A stretch of DNA of 33,070 nucleotides from Thraustochytrium aureum (lineage: Eukaryota), in assembly GCA_012862495.1 (NCBI GenBank), contig BLSG01000391.1:178039-211108 (forward strand). The letters are read 5' to 3'. This document shows positions 10,618 to 21,093 of this stretch, piece after piece. The notes beneath the pieces were generated by a model, which was given only the letters and a program-made list of their open reading frames with translations, was not told the origin of the DNA and did not search any database. Each line of letters opens with the position of its first letter. Position 1 is the first letter of the stretch. Made by a program: the position numbers and the translations under genes.

Positions 10618-13140
10618 CTAGGTCGGCGCGGTGCGAAACGCTCCCAACATGAATGCTTTGAGGTCAATGGGAGGCGCCTCGCCTGGGACATCAAGGTTGC
10701 GTTGCTCCGAGGGGTCGTAGACCTCGCGCGAGATAAGAGCAGAATCGGCCCACGCCACACTGTCGAAAGCGGCCGCATCAGAAACACAGTCCCACTCCAA
10801 GTTCTTCTGCTCGTCCGAGAAAATCACATATTGGCGCCAAGCGCAGCCACGCATACCTTGGCACTCGCTCTTGGTGGAAAGCGCGGCGCAGGTCGAGGGG
10901 TCTACCGCAAGAGGGCGCCATTCGGTTACGCGGCGGTCTTGTTTCCGCACAGAGATCCCGATCGACTTGATGTTGCGCCCTCCTCGCTTGCGCGTTGTGC
11001 AGGGGGAGCTCCGTCGACCCCTGCGGTCTGTGCCGCACTCGAAGAAAATCGCTAGAGCTCGGTCTTTCGTGTAGGCGCCAACTGGCGCCGGCGCGTCGCC
11101 AACGAGGGGTGCAAGAGATTGGCCATCCAAGTCGAGATGGCCCGCATCGAGCCGCGCATAGTGAGCGATCGTCGGGAAGAGGTCGACGAGCTCGACGACC
11201 CGGTCGACGCGCTTAGGGGGCCGCGCTTTGTCCGCGAATGGCGGTTTGATGACGAGCGGGACGCGGAGCGCAGCGTCAAACAGCGTCCACTTGCCGAAGT
11301 GCCGATAGTTGCGGCCGACATGCATCCCGTGATCCGAGTGNNNNNNNNNNNNNNNNNNNNNNNNNNNNNNNNNNNNNNNNNNNNNNNNNNNNNNNNNNNN
11401 NNNNNNNNNNNNNNNNNNNNNNNNNNNNNNNNNNNNNNNNNNNNNNNNNNNNNNNNNNNNNNNNNNNNNNNNNNNNNNNNNNNNNNNNNNNNNNNNNNNN
11501 NNNNNNNNNNNNNNNNNNNNNNNNNNNNNNNNNNNNNNNNNNNNNNNNNNNNNNNNNNNNNNNNNNNNNNNNNNNNNNNNNNNNNNNNNNNNNNNNNNNN
11601 NNNNNNNNNNNNNCACAATGATGAGCGTGTTGTCGAATTGCCCTGTTTCACGCAACGCGCCGAGCATGTTACCAATGTACCTGTCAACAAAGTGCACGGC
11701 CTTGGCCAAGCTCGCTGCGCAAGAGAGCAGGCTCTTTCTCGACGAACCGCACGAGCCGTCCCAGGTTGTATGAGCTATCGGTGGTGCATCGAGGGTCGCG
11801 TTTGTGTTGAGAGGGCCAAGATGGAATTCCTTGAAACGTCTTGCCCAACCCGGCATCTGAAAGTGGGTGTGTGGGCGTACAAAGCCAGCCGCGATGAGCC
11901 ATGGGCGAGATTCGTCCGCCCAGTCTTGAATCCAACCAACGACCTTGCGCATGGTTGAGTAGTCTCGGCAGGTTTGCCCGTGCGAAAAGTCGTCCGCTTC
12001 GTTGCAATTGCACTCTGTGACCTGGGCCTTGCAAACATTGAAGGGAAACTCGCGAGTGCCCGACTCGGGGGCGTCGCTGAGGTCCGTCTTGTCAAACCAT
12101 TCCTTGGGATAAAATACGGTCTGGGTGTGGAACACCTTGCCGGCCATGCCAACGAGGTGTCCGCGATCCTTCAAAAACTTGGGCAAGAACGTCGTCTTGT
12201 GCAAGTAGTTTTCCGGAAGCATGTCACCGACCATGACACCGGTATTGATGGGGTAGCGACCGGATAGAAAAGAGGCGCGAGATGGGCCGCACTGCGGAAA
12301 GTTGGCAAACGCGTTGGTGAAAGTTGCAGCGCCGCTTTCATCCTTCAGCGAGTCAATATTGGGTGACGCCCCGGCATAGTCGAGCTCCACCCAGTCATCG
12401 AGCGTGATCAGCAAGACGTTTGTGCGGGATCGATCTAGCGTCGGCGTCGGCGAAGCCGTTCGACGGGTCGTTGGTCTAGTCGTCGGCGTGGTCGTTGGGC
12501 TGCTTGTTCGTGGCTCGAGCCTGCGCTCGGTGGGGCCTGAGCTCGGAGACAGGGTGGGTTTTGCCGTTTCGGGAGGGGATTTGATGATCTCAGCGCAAGC
12601 TCCATCAACTGAGCTCCACTGACAAAATCTTCTCGAGAGCTTGCAGTTGATCTGGGAAAATACAGAGCACATCGATATGGGGATGCAGCCGAACGGTCTC
12701 CCGACATTATCACGTTGCGGAAACCAACGACACCCGGTCAACTTGCGGCACGACTTAACTCTGGTAGCCCGCGTGCAATAATCGTCAAATTTTTGCGTGG
12801 GAGCCCCAGTCGGCGCCTGTGTGCGCGTCACGCAACCTGCTGCCTTGAGGTCCCATCGGCAGTGCCTGAAATCGCCCTTGCAAACCGATTTCTTGAACCC
12901 GGCACAGGTCTCGGCCCTGATGCACCCAAGCGCCCTGCCACTTTGATCTTTTCCAGTAAGCCACTTGCACCCTTGAGTTCTTTGGCAAGCCCTCGATCTC
13001 AACACGGTTTCGCAAGGCGCAACATCCAGCATTCGAAGTGCAGTGGTCGCTGCCAAACCTGGCGTTGGCCCGGCCAGACCAAGGGAATGGAGTGCAAGCA
13101 GACCAGCCAGAGCAAGGACGGCCCTGCACCATATCACCAT
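10618..13140 (-). CDS. Secreted formylglycine-dependent sulfatase (S1, iduronate-2-sulfatase-like) with N-terminal Cys-rich repeats and a Pro/Thr-rich linker; spans gap 11341-11613
   Basis: Signal-like MVIWCRAVLALAGLLALHSLGLA, NVLLITLDD, FTNAFANFPQCGPSRASFLSGRYP (CxPxR), GKVFH, GFVRPH, NTLIIV|HSDHG, GKWTLFDAALRVPLVI, VELVDLFPTI. Confidence 0.92.
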   Translation of the reverse strand: MVIWCRAVLALAGLLALHSLGLAGPTPGLAATTALRMLDVAPCETVLRSRACQRTQGCKWLTGKDQSGRALGCIRAETCAGFKKSVCKGDFRHCRWDLKAAGCVTRTQAPTGAPTQKFDDYCTRATRVKSCRKLTGCRWFPQRDNVGRPFGCIPISMCSVFSQINCKLSRRFCQWSSVDGACAEIIKSPPETAKPTLSPSSGPTERRLEPRTSSPTTTPTTRPTTRRTASPTPTLDRSRTNVLLITLDDWVELDYAGASPNIDSLKDESGAATFTNAFANFPQCGPSRASFLSGRYPINTGVMVGDMLPENYLHKTTFLPKFLKDRGHLVGMAGKVFHTQTVFYPKEWFDKTDLSDAPESGTREFPFNVCKAQVTECNCNEADDFSHGQTCRDYSTMRKVVGWIQDWADESRPWLIAAGFVRPHTHFQMPGWARRFKEFHLGPLNTNATLDAPPIAHTTWDGSCGSSRKSLLSCAASLAKAVHFVDRYIGNMLGALRETGQFDNTLIIVXXXXXXXXXXXXXXXXXXXXXXXXXXXXXXXXXXXXXXXXXXXXXXXXXXXXXXXXXXXXXXXXXXXXXXXXXXXXXXXXXXXXXXXXXXXHSDHGMHVGRNYRHFGKWTLFDAALRVPLVIKPPFADKARPPKRVDRVVELVDLFPTIAHYARLDAGHLDLDGQSLAPLVGDAPAPVGAYTKDRALAIFFECGTDRRGRRSSPCTTRKRGGRNIKSIGISVRKQDRRVTEWRPLAVDPSTCAALSTKSECQGMRGCAWRQYVIFSDEQKNLEWDCVSDAAAFDSVAWADSALISREVYDPSEQRNLDVPGEAPPIDLKAFMLGAFRTAPT

Positions 13141-14720
13141 GATAGCGGCTGGACGAAGCACGCAAACGCTTGGAGGGACGTAAAGGCCTTGTTCGGAGCG
13201 CGAATAACCGTGTTTGTACTCACTGCTCGTGCGAGTTCGAGCTGGCCGCTTCGGCCTACACAATCAGCTCGGGTTCCAGAGGAAATGCGCCACCACTTGG
13301 ACGGCTGCAATTCTGGTCTGTTTGGCTTGGCACTTGGCCAAGAAGAAATGGCTTCTTGGGGGGTCCTCGACGGCACAGACCACACGGCGTACGCGAACGA
13401 CGGTTGATATAAAAATTGCTGCTGCAAACGAGTCTCGTGAAGAGCGCACGAGCCGCAATCTCAAGGGTGGAGAGCATCAGCCAGCAGTCGTTGTTGCCTG
13501 TGCCCTTCCGTGCAGGTGTCAGGGTTGCGCAGAAGCAATGGAGGAAGGACGGGCATCGTTCGGAAACACGGTTGCTAAATCACGACGCCGCGGGAAAGTC
13601 TCATGGGTACTCTCTACCTCACTGCCGGGTGGGTTCTTCGACCACGATTCGAGCGGCCGTTACTAGTAGTCAACTTTCGCTGATGAGTCAGCGCTTGGCG
13701 AAAAGATCGACGGTTGCTCCAGATTGTGCAAAGGAGTAGCCGTTGCTCGTCCTTCGCCAATTCGCGTTCAATTGCTTGCCAAGGCCCAGCTGCACGGAGC
13801 CTGCCTGACTCAGAAGGCCAAAGACTTGTTTGTCGGTGCGGCCTCGCAGTGTAAACTTTACTGGAGTACTCGAATGTGTCCCTGCTCCTCAGGAGGTCCC
13901 CGGCTGAGTAGAGTAGTAGAGCGAGTACTCTAAAACGATAACGTTTTTCCTTGGCCCAATTCTTTAGAATGCGATCCTCCTCGACGACTCGGGGATTGGC
14001 CAACATGAATTGCGCGTTGCTCGCCCCGCTGCTTCCGAGGTACGTCCTGGCTCGATACGCCCGCGCCGGCTTACGGATCGCGCTCGTGCGAGGACGGTGG
14101 CCGCGCAGCGGCGCTTCATGAGGCTGATATCAACAAAAGCATGCAGCGTGGCGCTTGAAGGGCGCTGCTTTCGTGTTTTTAGGCCCCAGCAAGCTGTTGG
14201 GTTTCTGGCATGCTTCGCTCTGAAGCAGCCTTGGGGCGGGCACAGATTTTGTCTTTCTTGCTCTTGAAAGACCTCGCAAGCAGCGGCAAGCTCCTTCCTG
14301 TCTTTCGTGATCGAGGCAAACACCGGCTGTTTGGGATTGCAGGCATCGTCTGGTTGTCTTCATCTGCTCCGCCAGGAGGATGGGTACCTGGTGGTGGTCG
14401 TCAAAAGCAGAGTGTTTGGGCAAATGGCATCACCGGAAGGCTATCACATTCTCTTCGGCCATCTAGGAACTCTCTTCGGCACGGTTGCGGGGAGGCATGC
14501 CATGGCTGGCCGTTTCTTAGAAGAAGAGAGGCGCATCATGACTTCTTCCTCCGAAAATCGACACGGCCGCTTGCTTCCCAATGGGCATATCAGAGAGTGC
14601 AGTTGGGGGCAAGAACTGCGAGGTCCGTGGAAGCCGGCCAGCTCGTCCTCGGGCGCTGCTCGGCGGCGCAAGTAGCCGGGTGAGTCGTCTTCTGATTCCT
14701 TTCTGTTTCTCGAATAGGGG

Positions 14721-16528
14721 TCAGAAGCCGATGGCAAGGCCGTCCGCGCGGCCGTCAGAGCCCGCACAGAGCACGCCAGTAGCGCGGTCACGGACGATGA
14801 TCTGCGAGCGCCCAACGAGTCCCCGGGCCTGCCCGCGCACGACACGGGAGTGATCGAGGACGAGAAAGCGGTGGCCCATCTTGTCGAGAGCCTCCACGAC
14901 CTCGTCGGCGACTCCTTCCTCGAGAGCGACGGCGCCCTTGGCCGTCCCGTCCATAATGCAAAAGCGCGGCGTATCGATGGCGGCTTGTGGGTCGAGGCCG
15001 TAGTCGAGCATGTTGACCACCAGCTGCACGTGCGACTGCGGCTGAGCAAAGCCGCCCATCGAGGTGAACGTCGAGTAGAGTTCTTTGGTGTCGCTGTGGA
15101 GGATCAGGGCAGGGATGATTGTGTGGTACGGCCGCTTGCCTGGCGCGATGACGTTGGGGTGGTCCGGCCGCAAGGAGAAGTTGGCCCCGCGGTTCTGCAG
15201 GGAAAATCCGCACCCCTTGGGGATGATTCCGCTCCCAAAACCCTCGTAGTTGGAGTTGACCATGGAGACCGCGTTGCCCCAGCGGTCCACCGTCTCTGCG
15301 GGGCCCAAAGCCGGTTAGCTTGTTTACTTACAAAGGGAAAACGCCAGCAAGCGAGCCNNNNNNNNNNNNNNNNNNNNNNNAACGTACGAAAGCTGACAGT
15401 GTCGCTGCCATAGGCGGGGCTGCCGGCCGCAAAGTCATCCGAGGCGCGCGCTGGGTCGATGAGCTTGCGCCGCTCCGCAGCGTAGGCGGGGTCGAGGAGC
15501 CCTTCGACCGGCACACGCACGACATCGGGGTCCGCCACGTACTGGCGCGCGTCAGCAAAGCTGAGGCGCATCACCTCGATGAGCGTGTGGAGGTACTCTG
15601 TGGAGAGGTGCGGGACGCGGTCCGGAGTGACCCCTTGGCCAGCTGCCTTTGCAGCAGCCAACATGTTCAGGCCAAGCAGGGCCGCGATGCCTTGGCCGTT
15701 CGGCGGTACCTCTATCACATCGTACTCGCCGTAGCGCACGCTGATCGGCTCTGGGAAAGTGGTAACGTGCGCCGCGAGGTCGTCCATGGTCATGGTGCCC
15801 CCCAGCTCTGCGAGTACGCGGCAGATCTCCTGCCCCGCTCGGCCATGGTAGAAGGCCTCTTTTCCGCCCGCCCCGAGTTCGCGCAAGCACTTGGCAAGGC
15901 CCGGGTTTCTGAATATCTCTCCTGGCCGCGGCGCATGCAGAGTCTCGGCCCCGTCAGCGCCTGCACTGCGCACCATGAGTTCTGCAAAGTTTGGCCCACG
16001 CTTCAGCTGCTCCACGCCTCTGCCCCAGTGAAAGCTGGTCAAGGGCCCGATGGGCGCCCCTTCTTCTGCGAGCTGTGCGGCGGGTTCGAGCACCTCGGCG
16101 AGCGACATCGAGCCCCACTTTTCGACCGCGTCGGCCCAGCCTGCGGCAGTCCCAGGCACCGTGCAGCAGTGCACGCTGTCAGAAGGCAGCTCGTCCAACT
16201 TGTCGGCGTCAAGCCCTCTGGCTGCGAGGTCTTGCAGGGCCCGCTCAAGCGTGAGCGCCTGCGGGCAACGCCCTGAGCCATTCAGCGCATGCACGGCCTT
16301 CGTCTTCGCCTCATAGTAGAGCAAGAAGCAGTCGCCACCGAGCCCGGTGGAGCACGGCTCGGTCACATTCAGCGCGGCTGCCACCGCGATCGCGGCATCC
16401 ACCGCATTGCCGCCGTCGCGCAGCACGCGCAGCCCAATCTCGCTCGCAAGCGGCTGCGAGCTGGCCACCATCCCATTGCGGGCGTACACCGGGGACCGCC
16501 GCGCAGTGAACGCAAGTGGGGCGGCCAT
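14721..16528 (-). CDS. GGT: Gamma-glutamyltransferase family protein (Ntn hydrolase, YwrD-like, no signal peptide), 571 aa; exons 16528-15388 and 15295-14721
   Basis: GMVASSQPLAS, GGNAVDAAIA, EPCSTGLGGDCF, TVPG, PPNGQG, autocleavage-site SDTVSF|QTVDRWGNAVS, LQNRGANF, PGKRPYHTIIP, MGGFAQPQ, GSDGRADG. Spliced length 1716 nt. Confidence 0.95.
15296..15387 (-). other. GGT intron (nominal 92 nt, contains a 23-N gap)
   Basis: Donor GTACGT at 15387, branch GCTAAC, acceptor CCGCAG ending at 15296; removal restores SFQTVD. Confidence 0.88.
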
Positions 16529-16923
16529 ATCTTTGGGCGTCCAGGCAGGCCCGAATGCCGAGTCCCAGGGACGAAAATCTAGAGCAGGCTGCACCGTAGG
16601 GCGCAAGCAGCGCAGCTATCGCGAGCCCAGCGCCTCCTCCGCACCGCGCAGCGCCTGCCTGTCGCGTTCGCTTGCGTGTCTGCCTCCTCGGCGCCCTTTT
16701 GTGCCTGCCCCGGATTCATCGGAACACGAGCACACCTCAACGGAGTGAGCGAAACTCGGTTCGGTGCACACCTATCCGTTGCGCGCCGTTGGCGCAGGTT
16801 TTTGCGCAGGCCGTGCGCAGGACTCGGGAAGGATGATCGTGATGGTGCGTGGGCTTCTTGGCCGTGCCGGGCGCGCGGGCGGCCGGCCGTGCACGAGGGA
16901 GGCGAATCTTCTTGCTTTCTTCT

Positions 16924-16963
16924 TGCTTGATCTTGCGCTTTGCTTGATCTTGCGCTTTGCTTG
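16924..16963. repeat. 17-bp tandem duplication TGCTTGATCTTGCGCTT x2.3
   Basis: Exact direct repeats at 16924-16940 and 16941-16957, plus a partial copy. Confidence 0.85.
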
Positions 16964-17524
16964 TTTGGCTTGGTCGGCGGGCGAGTTGAGGTGCGCTTCT
17001 TGCAGTTGGCGACGACCACGGAATGCAAGGTGCAGTTCGTGTTTGCGCCGAGGGGTGATAGCGGTGGTCGCGAATGTGCGAGAGGCAGGCTTTCCGTACG
17101 TGATTCCGCGGTCCGGCTGCTGCTCTTGCCGTAGTTGTGGCGCGATTGGAAAGGCGCTCGGAGAGTCCCGTGTTGGCAGCAAGGCGAGTCGGCTGGCGCG
17201 GCGACACTGTGTGAAGAGCGTTGCGATGAGCGCGTTGCTTTTTGATCAAGAACAAGAACAATTGAGAAAGACAGGGTTCTTTTACCTGGCGAGCCAGGCC
17301 AACGGATTTTTGTATCGAGTGGTGAGCAACACAGCTAGAGTAGCGAGAGAGGCCTGTCTCACTCCAGAGCTAGAGCTAGAGCAGGGAATCCTTGATTGGG
17401 GCGAACGGAAGGTGCGAGATGGCATCATTTTGCCGCAGAATCGGCTGCCAGATGTTCAGCGACCGCCTACCAGTCAGGTAGACGCCAACTTGGTGCTCGG
17501 CCAGGCCGCGGTCCGGGAGGAGCA

Positions 17525-18673
17525 ATGTCGGGCGACACGGCGGCGCGATGGGGCGGTTCAGGCGACCAGGATTTGCGAGCTCCGAATGCGGGCGCGGCTT
17601 GCTTTGGCCACGGCGAGTGGAGCAACTTGAAACAGGCATGCGAGTGCTATGTCGCGCAGTACAGCCCGCTCGATGCATGCGAGAAGACTTGGCTCGAGTG
17701 GATGGGACCCGGCTGGGACGTCGTCTCCGTCTCTGTTCAAATCGTTTTCAGTGCACTATTTGTTGTCTTTGGAGTCATAACGGTGACTATGCTTCGCCGC
17801 GAAGTTCAATCCCTGCTCGCTCATGGTCGTCGAGGGCGTATTCTTGTTCACTGCGCAAATCTTTTGTACTGCTGCATTCGGGTGTTCACCCTGTCTTTCA
17901 ACCACAACGGGTTCATGGTAAACATACCTCATGGTCTTGGCCGATCACTTTGGTTGCTGTGCTTCATCTTCCAGCTCAACATCCACACGTTCACGGGGCT
18001 TATCATGCTCAACCTGCTCAAGACGTTAACAAACCCTTTTTCAAAACACCAAACGCCCATTGTACTCGGGGGCGTCTCCAGTGGTCTGACATTCGTACTT
18101 TCGGTGGCGCTGGCAATTTCGCGAGGGTTTGCGGGTGTCACGGAGGAGACGCGCATCGTTCTCGTGGAGCAGATCCTCATCGGGTTGCAGCTCATCATCA
18201 CCTTTTACTTGATTGGCGTCATTGGCGCCCGTCTGCTCAAGTTCTCACACCTCCTAGCTACCCCTCGCACAATGGGAGGCCCTTCTGTCATGGCTGACAA
18301 CCTCGCGCGATACCGGCGAATCCTGATCCTGGCGCTTCTTGTTGCACTGCTTTCCTTGACTTTGAACATCGCAGGCCGGCTTTCAAGGTATTCCTATTCG
18401 GACAAGTTGCGCATTCGCTACGTCTCAGCGGTCACCGGGCCGTTGCTCGCCGAGTCGATCGGGCTATATGGCATCTTCGTCGCAATCCACATGCCGACGC
18501 GCATCGTGCCAGCGTCGAAGCCCGACCTCCCAAGCAAGTTTCGCTCCGTCGTAGCTATGCTAAACTGCAGAGTCGTTGTGAGGATGAACTCAGCGCGCCA
18601 AATTGCCAACCCATCGCGAAAGTGGTGTCGCTCTCGCACGGCTCCCGCCGTGCTCACGAGCTGCGACAAGTGA
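17525..18673 (+). CDS. Orphan 7TM (GPCR-like) protein with N-terminal 4-Cys EGF-like motif, paralogue A (382 aa)
   Basis: Intronless ORF: ACFGHGEWSNLKQACECYVAQYSPLDACEKTW followed by seven hydrophobic segments; strong similarity to the next two ORFs. Confidence 0.85.
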   Translation: MSGDTAARWGGSGDQDLRAPNAGAACFGHGEWSNLKQACECYVAQYSPLDACEKTWLEWMGPGWDVVSVSVQIVFSALFVVFGVITVTMLRREVQSLLAHGRRGRILVHCANLLYCCIRVFTLSFNHNGFMVNIPHGLGRSLWLLCFIFQLNIHTFTGLIMLNLLKTLTNPFSKHQTPIVLGGVSSGLTFVLSVALAISRGFAGVTEETRIVLVEQILIGLQLIITFYLIGVIGARLLKFSHLLATPRTMGGPSVMADNLARYRRILILALLVALLSLTLNIAGRLSRYSYSDKLRIRYVSAVTGPLLAESIGLYGIFVAIHMPTRIVPASKPDLPSKFRSVVAMLNCRVVVRMNSARQIANPSRKWCRSRTAPAVLTSCDK

Positions 18674-19277
18674 AGGAGGGTCAAGTTTCCGATGGGCAAC
18701 ACCAGCCCCACCTCGCGGGCCACGTTAAGCCATGTCGCCACGCCAGGTGGCCAGGCTCCAGGCTCTCTCGTCGCGCTTCGTTCTGCAGTGCCTGGACATT
18801 TATTTCAAAGGCAGGGTCGAATCCGCATCGGCGCCACTCGGCTCCGTCGCATAAACCGGAATTCGCTGCTAAAATGGACTCGTGCGACTCGCACGGATGC
18901 GAAATGGGTGCAGCCGAGCGTTGGACAAAGGCGACGGCCTGCGCCCGCCCGCCCAACAGGTGCCTTGTATGGAACCTGAAGAACAAACTCCATATCCGTT
19001 GGAGGAGGATTCGCCAGCTTTGAGGGCGAGCCACGAGGTAAGATGCTTATTCTTGAGGAAAAGCATCTGCCCTCCAGGCCATTGACTTCCTGATCTTGAT
19101 GGCGCTCAACTTTCTCCTCGCGCCGCTGCAGTGTGTTGAGCTTCGTCAAGGATTTGTCCAGCGACAAACGGATCTATTCATTGCCTTCCCGTTCGATTGA
19201 GCGCAGGAAATCGTGCTGCCGCAAGACGTCGCTCTCTCTCCAGCCAGACGCGCAACGCACGACGGCACGCGGCAGGC

Positions 19278-20327
19278 ATGGCGAGCTTGGCGGTGGTAGG
19301 GGATGGCCCGCGGGAGCTGTCGGCAATGTGCTTTGGCCGCGGCGCGTTGGACAACTCGACACAAGTGTGCAAGTGCTTCACCGCGCAGTACAGCCCCTTA
19401 GACGCGTGCGAGAAGACTTGGCTGGAGTGGATGGGTCTCGACTGGGACTACGTGTTCGTCTTGGTCCAAGTTGTTTTCACCATCGTTTTTGTCGTGTTTG
19501 GCACTATCGCTGCGAAAATGTTGCTTCGGGAGCTCCGCTCCACCCTCGTTCATGGCCGTGCAGGACGGATCAGTGTCCACTGCGCGAATATGCTGTATTG
19601 TGGATTCAGAGTGTTCACCCTAACGTTCAACCACCACGGGTACCGGGTCAACTTGGACCACGGGATTGGCATATCGCTCTGGACGTTTTGCTATGTTCTG
19701 CAGCTCAACATCCACACGTTTTCGGGGTTGATCATGCTCAACCTGCTCAAAGCATTAGCAAACCCTTTCAGAAAGCAATGGTCCCCGCTTACTCTGGGCC
19801 TAATCGTGAGCGCCATCTCGTCGGCGTTTTGCATTACAATAAGTATGCTCCGGAGTGTTGCGGACGAAAAGTACGAGGTCATGCTTTTCCTCGCTCAACA
19901 ACTCGCACTGGGCGTTCAAGTATTTACCACCTACTACTTGGTCGGTATAATCGGCGCCCGCCTGCTCAAGCACATTCACGTCCTGCCAGTCAAGCGGACT
20001 GCAAGCGGGACGTCAGCCATGGCTGTGAATTTCACTCGATACCGGCAATTCCTCGCCGTTGCGCTCCAGCTTGCATCGGCAACTTTCGTTTTTAATCTCG
20101 CGTTTGCGATGTCGAGCCTCTCCTACCCGGTCAAGCTTAGACTGCGCTATTTGACTGCGGTTGTGGGGCCGCTTCTTCCGGAGATCCTGGGGGTTTGTGG
20201 CATTTTTGTCTCCATTTACATGCCAACACGGATCGAGCAGATCGCGCCCTCAAAGTTTGCGAGCCAGCGCAGGGCCGCTGGAGCTTTCCTCTACGAGTCC
20301 CGGCGGCGAATGGCAGCAATTATCTAG
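19278..20327 (+). CDS. Orphan 7TM protein with N-terminal 4-Cys EGF-like motif, paralogue B (349 aa)
   Basis: MCFGRGALDNSTQVCKCFTAQYSPLDACEKTWLEWMG; shares blocks VHCAN, QLNIHTF.GLIMLNLLK.L.NPF, IGARLLK and MPTRI with paralogue A. Confidence 0.85.
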   Translation: MASLAVVGDGPRELSAMCFGRGALDNSTQVCKCFTAQYSPLDACEKTWLEWMGLDWDYVFVLVQVVFTIVFVVFGTIAAKMLLRELRSTLVHGRAGRISVHCANMLYCGFRVFTLTFNHHGYRVNLDHGIGISLWTFCYVLQLNIHTFSGLIMLNLLKALANPFRKQWSPLTLGLIVSAISSAFCITISMLRSVADEKYEVMLFLAQQLALGVQVFTTYYLVGIIGARLLKHIHVLPVKRTASGTSAMAVNFTRYRQFLAVALQLASATFVFNLAFAMSSLSYPVKLRLRYLTAVVGPLLPEILGVCGIFVSIYMPTRIEQIAPSKFASQRRAAGAFLYESRRRMAAII

Positions 20328-20592
20328 GGCCGAGGGCGCTTGGCGCTTTGCTGCGGACGTGCACGAACTGGTCCACACCAGTGCAAGCGTGTCCCGACAG
20401 GGCGGCTCGGGTAATTTGCAAGCACCGGGAAAGCCGCCAGTCTCGTGGCGTCAGCGCCGTCGCGCACAAATGCTGAGGAGAACTCGATGGGCCCCAAAAC
20501 GTCTCGGTGTCAGGCTCACGGTTTGCACGTGTTCCAGCAAAATAACCTTGACGCCGACGCAACTGTTACTACTAGTAGTGCAAGAGCAGTAG

Positions 20593-20618
20593 AGTAAAAA
20601 CTCAGTAAAAACTCAGTA
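20593..20618. repeat. 11-bp tandem duplication AGTAAAAACTC x2.4 downstream of paralogue B
   Basis: agtaaaaactc agtaaaaactc agta. Confidence 0.75.
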
Positions 20619-21093
20619 CTACAGACGGGACCTGCTTGCGTTGGCGAGGCAGAGCATGGAGGCAAGGTTGTCGAACGAAAGAATTCTCCTGGAGCCGTTG
20701 AATGAGGCGACAAGGGCCCGCGTTCTCGAACTGCTCGGGTCTTGTCGCCGCGGCGGAGCAGCAGCACTCCTCCATACCTCCATAAGGTTCCTCTCACTCT
20801 TGCGTCCCGTGCAAGCGCACAGCAATCGACAAACCNTTTCNGCAGCCGGTTGCGTTTCGGAAGTCAACGCGTCAACGGCCAAGCGAAATGCATAAAAATA
20901 AAAGAGAAACGACTCGCGCATCGCTGTCCAGCACGTGGAAGTCAGCCCAACTCTCCAATCGACCTTCAGGACAAGCCATGTCCGTTGGGCGCGTTTCTCG
21001 TCTCGCGGACTCGCCCGCCCGTCAGACACTCAACAGGCGACGGCGGAAGGCGAGTGAAAGGTCTCAACAGGCCAAAGGCTCGCCAGCGGGCAA

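Noticed and set aside
13200..14700. Short ORFs (13614..14006, 13964..14323, 14307..14675) as a possible decayed gene or transposon
   Set aside because: No transposase, RT or other motifs, no terminal repeats, and no consistent splice model.
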